A program made the position numbers and the translations under genes. Shown piece by piece: positions 1 to 6,736 of a stretch of DNA of 64,000 nt (its first letter is position 1; each line of letters begins with the position of its first letter). The stretch spans positions 137,909 through 201,908 of the forward strand of contig JAHCRG010000006.1 of NCBI GenBank assembly GCA_020148045.1, read 5' to 3'. Under the pieces are notes generated by a model. It did not search any database, was not told the DNA's origin, and worked only from the letters and a program-made list of their open reading frames with translations. This stretch comes from Patescibacteria group bacterium (GTDB taxonomy: Bacteria > Patescibacteriota > Minisyncoccia > Minisyncoccales > GWA2-38-27).

Positions 1-456
1 TTGGAGTTAGATAATCCGCCAAATTATGGATATACTTATTCAACAGATGAAAATCCCACAAAAGAAGAAGACCATACAATGGAAATTACCGGTCTTTTGT
101 CAAATACAACTTATTGCTATCGTTGTGTTTCTCATGGTTCTTTGGCAGTGAGCACAGAGCATAGTTTTACTACTCTTAGTGTTATAGGAGAACAAGAAGA
201 AGAGGAGGAGGAAGAGGAAGAAGAACTAGGCCCAATAGTAGGCGAGGAAGAAGAGGAAGAGGAAGAAGAGGAGGAAGAAGAGGAGGAGGAAGAAGAAGAA
301 GTTGTTGAGGGGGAAGAAACGGGACTGGGCTGGCTCTTAGCAGCAATCGGTGATTTGTTTAGATTGGAGAATCTCTGGTGGCTTTTACTACTTCTTATAA
401 TTATAATAATTATTTTGTTTTTGTTATCTCGTAAGAAGAAAAGAAAAGAAGAATAA
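1..456 (+). CDS. C-terminal part of a membrane-anchored surface protein (FnIII-like segment, poly-Glu linker, C-terminal TM helix, basic tail); 5' truncated by window
   Basis: HTMEITGLLSNTTYCYRC resembles the FnIII HxxxLxGLxPxTxYxY pattern; GAA/GAG repeat at about 194-300; hydrophobic C-terminus followed by RKKKRK. Confidence 0.75.
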   Translation: MELDNPPNYGYTYSTDENPTKEEDHTMEITGLLSNTTYCYRCVSHGSLAVSTEHSFTTLSVIGEQEEEEEEEEEELGPIVGEEEEEEEEEEEEEEEEEEEVVEGEETGLGWLLAAIGDLFRLENLWWLLLLLIIIIIILFLLSRKKKRKEE

Positions 457-470
457 AAAAGCCTTTCTAT

Positions 471-501
471 ACTGCCCGAGGCCCGTCCTCGGGCAGTTTT
501 G
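471..501 (+). terminator. GC-rich hairpin plus T-tract, copy 1 of 3 (also about 4209-4236 and 5541-5568)
   Basis: tgcccgagg-cccgt-cctcgggca-gtttt is identical in all three copies. Confidence 0.75.
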
Positions 502-521
502 GTATAAAAGGGGTGTGAGGG

Positions 522-622
522 TTGACAAAATTCTTAGGTTGTGATAAATTATAGAATATTTAATCCGAGGTATTTAATCCGAGAGGATTGATTTTTATCT
601 TGGCGGTTCGTTTAAAACTTAA
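522..622 (+). promoter_or_regulatory. sigma70-type promoter and leader of the csgEFG-curlin operon
   Basis: TTGACA (522-527), 17 bp spacer, TAAATT (545-550); leader 576-622 is repeated exactly at 4343-4389. Confidence 0.65.
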
Positions 623-722
623 TTGGATAGAAAGTTAAAGAAAGGAGATGACAGTGAGAAGATAGAAAAAAAGGTAATTGTTGTTTAGAAAGCAATGTAT
701 AAACAAAGAAAGGAGAAAACGA

Positions 723-1508
723 ATGAAAAGATTTTGGATGATTTTGGTATTGATGTTGGCCCTGGGTTTAGTTTTTACTTTGGCTGTTCAAGCAAAGCAG
801 GAAAAAACAGAGGAGGTAAAAAAAGAGCCGGCAGAAACAGCATGTACAGCATGTGTTGTTGATGCCAGAAAATGTCGTGGTTTCAACAACGTAATGTATG
901 GTGTAGTTTCTTTTAGAGAGGTTTGGAATAGTTCTAAATTTACTCTTCAAAAAGTATGTGTCGTAAAAGGTGACAAACCCAGCGTTTGGAGTTTTGAGGG
1001 TCGTGTAGCGGTTGTTTCTGAGATTACAACAACACAGCAAAAAGAGGCGAAGCAGCAAAAAGAGGTGAAACCCGAGAAAACTTCTGCAGCAGAAGAAAAA
1101 TTAAGCAGGTCAATTGGAAAAATTGAAGAAGCAGAAAGAGCAGCAACAAAAAGAGAAATAGCAGCAGAAGAAGAACTGATGGAAGAAATAACCGGGTTAA
1201 TTATTGAGCAGACCATGACCAAGATTGGTTATGAGTTCTACGAAAACTTCTTCATTCGTTGGGAAGCGCCAAAAGGGATTAAGGGCTACAACATCTTTAT
1301 TGACGAGAGAGCCAGTCCTCTATGGGGAAGCTGGATTCAGATTAAGGTTGATACAACCATGGTTTGGAGCAAAGTGCTTAAACCAAGGTCTGAAGAGATT
1401 GAGGAAGCAGCCAAACAAGCTGTTGAAGTAACCAAGGGATTTCTCTCTCGCTATGAAGAGTACAAAAGAGAGCTTGAAGGACCAGACATGGTAGGCAGCG
1501 GTATTTAG
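723..1508 (+). CDS. csgE: Curli assembly protein CsgE with N-terminal extension
   Basis: Signal peptide after AAGGAG; C-terminal EITGLIIEQTMTKIGYEFYENFF..W..YNIFIDER...WGSWIQI matches the CsgE pattern; lies directly upstream of csgF and csgG. Confidence 0.85.
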   Translation: MKRFWMILVLMLALGLVFTLAVQAKQEKTEEVKKEPAETACTACVVDARKCRGFNNVMYGVVSFREVWNSSKFTLQKVCVVKGDKPSVWSFEGRVAVVSEITTTQQKEAKQQKEVKPEKTSAAEEKLSRSIGKIEEAERAATKREIAAEEELMEEITGLIIEQTMTKIGYEFYENFFIRWEAPKGIKGYNIFIDERASPLWGSWIQIKVDTTMVWSKVLKPRSEEIEEAAKQAVEVTKGFLSRYEEYKRELEGPDMVGSGI

Positions 1509-1579
1509 GAGGGATTGTTAAGGAACGTGTAAGGTATTTGAAGAAAGTGTAAATTTAATCCAAAGAAAGGGGAAAGAAA

Positions 1580-2014
1580 ATGAAACGATTAGTGATGTAT
1601 GTTATTTGCGGCATTGTTTGCGTTTTGTTTTTAATGCCGGCAACTGAAGCCACAGCCACAGAATTGGTGTTTGAGTTCATAAACCCGTCTTTCGGCGGTT
1701 CGCCGTTTAATGGACCGTGGATGTTAGCTCAAGCAGAGGCCCAGAACAAGCTCGTAGAGAAGCAAAAGCCGTTTACAATGCCAAAGAGAGACCCGATACA
1801 GGACTTTGAAGATAGTCTGAATCGGCAGATACTCTACCAGATGTCAAGAAAGATAGTGAGTTCAGCATTTGGCGAGGAAGGCCTTGAGCCCGGTCAGTAC
1901 AGCGTAGGCGATTACACAATTGATGTGACGGTTGATGTCATCAGTGGCATAAAAGTTACTATAACTGACACCGTAACTGGAAACTCAACCACTGTAAAAG
2001 TACCCTATTATTAA
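1580..2014 (+). CDS. csgF: Curli assembly protein CsgF
   Basis: Signal peptide, then TELVFEFINPSFGGSPFNGPWMLAQAEAQN, the CsgF N-terminal motif. Confidence 0.93.
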   Translation: MKRLVMYVICGIVCVLFLMPATEATATELVFEFINPSFGGSPFNGPWMLAQAEAQNKLVEKQKPFTMPKRDPIQDFEDSLNRQILYQMSRKIVSSAFGEEGLEPGQYSVGDYTIDVTVDVISGIKVTITDTVTGNSTTVKVPYY

Positions 2015-2029
2015 GAGAGGAGGTAAGAA

Positions 2030-2950
2030 ATGAGAAGAATACTGAATATTGTGATTATGGCAGCCATGCTAATGGCACTTGTTCTTCTGTCTGGCTGCGC
2101 TACTACGATGGCTTCTATGTATACCGAGCGGGCAACTATGGCATTTACTACTGCTATTCATCAGGATTTGATTTCTCTGCCTCCGCCGGAAGAAAAAATT
2201 GTGGTAGCAGTTTATAAGTTTAGGGACCAGAGCGGACAGTACAAGCCTCATCCTGCCGCAGTCAGTTTTTCAACAGCTGTTACTCAAGGAGCTACTTCAA
2301 TGCTGAATAAAGCTCTTGAAGATTCTGGCTGGTTTATCCCTATAGAAAGGGAAGGATTGCCTAACTTGTTGAACGAGAGGAAAATCATTCGTTCAACAAT
2401 GATGCAGTATCAAGCCCAAAACAGTGAAGGCGAGAATTTACCGCCTTTACCACCTTTGCTCTATGCAGGTGTACTTTTAGAGGGAGGCATAATTGCCTAT
2501 GAAACCAATTTAGTTACCGGTGGTTTCGGACTCAGATACTTTGGCTTAGGCGGTTCTACCGAGGCAAGGAAAGACCAGGTAACCATTTATTTGAGGGCTG
2601 TAGCTGTCAAGAATGGCAAGATTCTTAAATCTGTCTCAACCACCAAATCCATTCTTTCCAGAGAAGTGAATTTCGGTGTTTACAGATTTGTCAGAGTCAA
2701 GAGGTTGTTGGAGGCAGAAACCGGTTTATCCACTAATGAGCCTCCGTCAATGTGCGTCCTGGAAGCAATAGAGAAAGCTGTCTACGACCTGGTTGTAGAA
2801 GGCATTCAGGACGGCCTCTGGAATTTGAGAAATCCAGAGGACATCAACTCTCCGCTTATTCAGAAGTATTTAAAAGAAAAAGAAGCGACAGAGAAGATAG
2901 TTACCTTTGACGAAGAAGGTAACTTGGTAGCAGTTAAGGACGTTGAATGA
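2030..2950 (+). CDS. csgG: Curli secretion channel lipoprotein CsgG
   Basis: Lipobox LSGC; VAVYKFRDQSGQYKP, FSTAVTQGATSML, WFIPIEREGLPNLLNERKIIR and GGFGLRYFGLGG motifs. Confidence 0.95.
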   Translation: MRRILNIVIMAAMLMALVLLSGCATTMASMYTERATMAFTTAIHQDLISLPPPEEKIVVAVYKFRDQSGQYKPHPAAVSFSTAVTQGATSMLNKALEDSGWFIPIEREGLPNLLNERKIIRSTMMQYQAQNSEGENLPPLPPLLYAGVLLEGGIIAYETNLVTGGFGLRYFGLGGSTEARKDQVTIYLRAVAVKNGKILKSVSTTKSILSREVNFGVYRFVRVKRLLEAETGLSTNEPPSMCVLEAIEKAVYDLVVEGIQDGLWNLRNPEDINSPLIQKYLKEKEATEKIVTFDEEGNLVAVKDVE

Positions 2951-3000
2951 TTTCTATCCAGTATAGGCATAGACAGAGATGAAAGAAAGAGAGGTAATTT

Positions 3001-3978
3001 ATGAACAGAAGGATTTTAATAGTAACAATGGCTTTGGTAATTCTTCTTGGTTTATCCGGCTTGGCTCTTGCTGATGGTAATACCAGCACTGTCGATCAGA
3101 CCGGCAACGACAACAGAGCTAGGGTTAGCCAAGATGGCAGTGGTAATGAAGCCACTATCACCCAGGAAGGCGATGACAACGTTGCTTCTCAGAGTCAGAC
3201 CGGCGACGAGGACATTGCCATTATCACCCAGACAGGCAATGGGAACACAGCTTACCAGTCCCAGACCGGCAGCACTAACAACCAAGCCACTATTGTGCAA
3301 AACACCAGTGGCACTGGGAATATTGCTAGCCAAACCCAGAACGGCAGTTGGAATATTGCCTTGATTCAGCAAATTGAAAGTAGTACTCTCAATACTGCTG
3401 CTCAGGTCCAGACGGGTATTGGGAACGATGCCTCGATTGAGCAGAGTGGGTCCGCAGCTGGGAACACGGCTAACCAAACCCAGATTGGAACCGGCGTCGC
3501 CTGGAACATAGCTAAGATACGGCAGAGGGGAAAAGACTCCATCGCCAGGCAATACCAGGACGGCCGTGGCAACGATGCCTATATTGGCCAGTTTTCATCT
3601 TACAACTATGCTGCACAGAACCAGACAGGTGAGTACAATGGGGCCAAGATTATGCAGTTTGCCGCACACAACATTGCTTACCAAACCCAAGTTGGTATCT
3701 CCAATATTGCTGAGATTGAGCAGCGGGGAGTTGGAAACTATGCTCGACAAAACCAGACAGGTGATGACAATGAGGCCAAAATTTCCCAGAACCCGTACCC
3801 TAGTGATGGTGGCGGCAACGTAGCTTACCAAACTCAGAACGGTAACGGCAACTATGCTGAAGCTACGCAGGTTGGTTGGAACAATTGGAGTTCTCAGACC
3901 CAGACCGGTGACTTCGATTCGAGCATTGTTACTCAGATAGGGGATGGTAATGTAGCTACGGTTGTCCAAACTCCGTAA
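3001..3978 (+). CDS. Curlin-repeat amyloid subunit (CsgA/CsgB family), paralog 1
   Basis: Signal peptide followed by about 13 tandem 22-24 aa repeats of N-x-A-x-x-x-Q-x-G; directly downstream of csgG. Confidence 0.92.
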   Translation: MNRRILIVTMALVILLGLSGLALADGNTSTVDQTGNDNRARVSQDGSGNEATITQEGDDNVASQSQTGDEDIAIITQTGNGNTAYQSQTGSTNNQATIVQNTSGTGNIASQTQNGSWNIALIQQIESSTLNTAAQVQTGIGNDASIEQSGSAAGNTANQTQIGTGVAWNIAKIRQRGKDSIARQYQDGRGNDAYIGQFSSYNYAAQNQTGEYNGAKIMQFAAHNIAYQTQVGISNIAEIEQRGVGNYARQNQTGDDNEAKISQNPYPSDGGGNVAYQTQNGNGNYAEATQVGWNNWSSQTQTGDFDSSIVTQIGDGNVATVVQTP

Positions 3979-3980
3979 GT

Positions 3981-4240
3981 TAAGTCAATGTTTTAACCCG
4001 GAGCAATAGTGCTCCATAGAATTTTCATCTTGTCTATATTTGGAAGAAATAAACCCCCACTACCAATTTCATTGGTGTGAGGGTAAACCTATTACTACCA
4101 GAAATTTTTTTGAAGTTTTGGTGTGAGGGTGAAGGGCGAGGATTAAAAAAATCTTCGCCCTGTTTTTATTTTTTATTTCCATTTCCGATTTTTTTTACAT
4201 TTCTATTTTGCCCGAGGCCCGTCCTCGGGCAGTTTTGGTG
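3981..4240. repeat. Downstream region of curlin 1, duplicated after curlin 2 (about 5378-5575)
   Basis: Near-identical sequence from taagtcaatgttttaaccc to tgcccgaggcccgtcctcgggcagttttggt; copy 1 has an extra ~47 bp hairpin. Confidence 0.9.
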
Positions 4241-4278
4241 TAGGGGTTGACCCCCACTTTTGTTAGTTTGAATGGAGG

Positions 4279-4474
4279 TTGACAATCTTCTTTGGTTATG
4301 ATAATTTACAAGATATCTAAAAATCAATTCGTTAAAGGAAAAAATCCGAGAGGATTGATTTTTATCTTGGCGGTTCGTTTAAAACTTAAAAGGTAACTTG
4401 GTAGCAGTTAAGGACGTTGAATGATTTCTATCCAGTATAGACATAGACAGAGATGAAAGAAAGAGAGGTAATTT
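4279..4474 (+). promoter_or_regulatory. Promoter and mosaic leader of curlin paralog 2
   Basis: TTGACA at 4279; 4343-4389 equals 576-622; 4390-4474 equals 2916-3000 with one mismatch. Confidence 0.8.
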
Positions 4475-5380
4475 ATGAACAGAAGGATTTTAATAGTAAC
4501 AATGGCTTTGGTAATTCTTCTTGGTTTGTCTGGATTAGCTTTTGCCGATGGGAATGTGAGCACGGTCAATCAGACCGGCGCTGGCAATAGTGCTACGGTT
4601 AGCCAAGCTGGTATTAACAACGATGCTGAGATTACTCAAAATGGCAATGGGAACGTTTCTTCTCAGAGCCAAGCCGGCCCTGTTGGTAATAACGAAGCTA
4701 AGATTCTCCAGGTTGGTAACACGAATATTGCTTCCCAAGACCAGAGGATCGGCAACAACCTGGCCGAGATTAAGCAGACCAGTACAGGTAGCAACCTTGC
4801 TTCTCAAATCCAGTGGGGCCAATGGAATATTGCCCTGATTGAGCAAATTGAAGGGAGCAACGGCAATAGGGCTTACCAAGTCCAGCTCAGTAAAGGCCAC
4901 AATGCTTATATTAAGCAGGACGAGAACGCAACTGGCAACTATGCTTCTCAAACCCAGTCTGGTGGTCCTGGGATGGGCGGCGAGAACACCGCTGGGATAT
5001 GGCAGAGCGGAGACTCCGCCACTGCCATTCAGAACCAGACTGGTAATGTGAATGGTGCCTACATTAGGCAGAGAGGCGTTGCCAGCCGGGCTTACCAAAC
5101 CCAATATGGTATCTCCAACGCCGCCTTTATTGTCCAGTTCTCATCTGGAAACTATGCTGCACAAGACCAGACAGGTGAGGGCAATGAAGCCAGGATTCGG
5201 CAGTTTGGCGGTGACGGCAACGTAGCTTACCAAACCCAGAACGGTAACGACAACGATGCTTTCGCTACGCAGGTTGGTTCTAGTAATTTCAGTTCTCAGA
5301 CCCAGAACGGCACCAGCGATTTCAGTGTTGTCCAGCAGATAGGAAACGGTAATGTGTCTACGGTTGTCCAAAGCAACTAA
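4475..5380 (+). CDS. Curlin-repeat amyloid subunit (CsgA/CsgB family), paralog 2
   Basis: Nearly the same signal peptide as 3001..3978; about 12 curlin repeats. Confidence 0.92.
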   Translation: MNRRILIVTMALVILLGLSGLAFADGNVSTVNQTGAGNSATVSQAGINNDAEITQNGNGNVSSQSQAGPVGNNEAKILQVGNTNIASQDQRIGNNLAEIKQTSTGSNLASQIQWGQWNIALIEQIEGSNGNRAYQVQLSKGHNAYIKQDENATGNYASQTQSGGPGMGGENTAGIWQSGDSATAIQNQTGNVNGAYIRQRGVASRAYQTQYGISNAAFIVQFSSGNYAAQDQTGEGNEARIRQFGGDGNVAYQTQNGNDNDAFATQVGSSNFSSQTQNGTSDFSVVQQIGNGNVSTVVQSN

Positions 5381-5584
5381 GTCAATGTTTTAACCCGGGG
5401 CAATAGTGCTCCATAGAATTTCATCTTGTTTATGTTTGGAAGAAATAAACCCCCACTACCAATTTCATTGGTGTGAGGGTGAAGGGCGAGGATTAAAAAA
5501 TCTTCGCCCTGTTTTTTTCGATTTTTTTACATTTCTATTTTGCCCGAGGCCCGTCCTCGGGCAGTTTTGGTATAAAAGGAAGGT

Positions 5585-5700
5585 TTGACAATCTTCTTTG
5601 GCTGTGATAATTTACAGGATAGTTTGAAACCAATTCTTTGAAGGAAAGAATTAGGAGAATTGGTTTTTAACGGTTCTTTGAAAATTTAAGAAAGGAGGTG
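5585..5700 (+). promoter_or_regulatory. Third copy of the promoter/hairpin/boxA-like leader
   Basis: ttgacaatcttctttgg.t.tgataatttaca as at 4279; hairpin aaaccaattc/gaattggttt; gttctttgaaaa. Confidence 0.65.
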
Positions 5701-5852
5701 ATGGAAATGGAAAGAAAAATGCCAAGAGAGCCACCCGGAGAATAGATTAAGCCAGAAAATGAAGTATTTGTTTTGGCAGTCAATTGTATTTTGTAGGAAA
5801 TTTTATTGAAAAGAAACTGTTTTTTCACAATTAAATTCAGAAAGGAATTGTT

Positions 5853-6671
5853 ATGGAAAAGAGATTGTTACTGTTAGTTGTGGTGCTTGTGGTGGTTGGT
5901 TTGGGGAGTTCTCCTGCTTTTGCCTTAGACCCGATGGGGCCTCCAACAGGGAACCTGAGACAGGGGCAGTCTCAAGCAGGGATTGATTACTCCTACAGCA
6001 CAATGGACCTTAAATTAACCAACGGTAAATGGACTGAGTATAAAAATGGAAGGTTTTACGACTCAGGAGAAGCGTTTTCCTTGACCCTCAAGAATTTCAA
6101 GATGAATAAGGTATATGCCAACTTTGGATATGGCATCTTTGACAACTGGGACCTATTTTTGCGTTTAGGCGGAGCAGACGCCAAATTTGGTGACTCAATC
6201 TGGGAAGAAGGAGAAAAATTTGATGGCCCGGCTAGTTTTACAATTGGCTTTGGTACCAAAGCAACCTTTTATCAAGAGGGTCCTCTCAAATTGGGCGGAC
6301 TGTTTCAAGCAAGTTGGGCTGATTTGGATGGGCATCTAAAAGCAAAGGACTGGGCTGACTCTGTTGATATTGAGCTTACTGAGATGCAAATCGCTATAGG
6401 CCCAAGCTATGAGCTGGCAGACGGTGTTTCTATTTACGGCGGCCCCTTTTTCCATTTCGTTAATGGCGATTTAGATGATAATTTTAGTGAGACGTGGAAC
6501 GGAGATGTCTTGAGTTCGAAATACTCCTGGGATATTGGTGAGGCCTCTACTTTCGGTTATTATATTGGTTTTCAGGGAGTGAACCTCACCGAAAACATTT
6601 TTCTCAACATCGAGTACCAGCGTACAGCATCAGCTGATGCTCTTGGTCTGAAGCTCATCTGGAGATTTTAG
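5853..6671 (+). CDS. Putative outer-membrane beta-barrel protein
   Basis: Cleavable signal peptide (AFA); alternating hydrophobic/aromatic beta-strands (YANFGYGIFDNWDLFLRLG, IAIGPSYEL, VSIYGGPFF); C-terminal LGLKLIWRF ends in Phe like a BAM beta-signal. Confidence 0.7.
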   Translation: MEKRLLLLVVVLVVVGLGSSPAFALDPMGPPTGNLRQGQSQAGIDYSYSTMDLKLTNGKWTEYKNGRFYDSGEAFSLTLKNFKMNKVYANFGYGIFDNWDLFLRLGGADAKFGDSIWEEGEKFDGPASFTIGFGTKATFYQEGPLKLGGLFQASWADLDGHLKAKDWADSVDIELTEMQIAIGPSYELADGVSIYGGPFFHFVNGDLDDNFSETWNGDVLSSKYSWDIGEASTFGYYIGFQGVNLTENIFLNIEYQRTASADALGLKLIWRF

Positions 6672-6681
6672 TCAAAACTAA

Positions 6682-6719
6682 GCCGAGGAGGTAGCTATCT
6701 TTACCCCTCGGCATTTTTT
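6682..6719 (+). terminator. Intrinsic terminator
   Basis: gccgagg...cctcggc stem followed by atttttt. Confidence 0.7.
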
Positions 6720-6736
6720 ATGAAGCCCGACTTCAC

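Noticed and set aside
3047..5371. Alternative-frame and antisense ORFs over the curlin genes
   Set aside because: They are shadows of repetitive, GC-richer coding sequence with no RBS or recognisable motifs.
3001..5380. Curlin paralogs as a DGR template/variable repeat pair
   Set aside because: Differences are not confined to adenines, both copies are full genes with signal peptides, and no reverse transcriptase is in the window.
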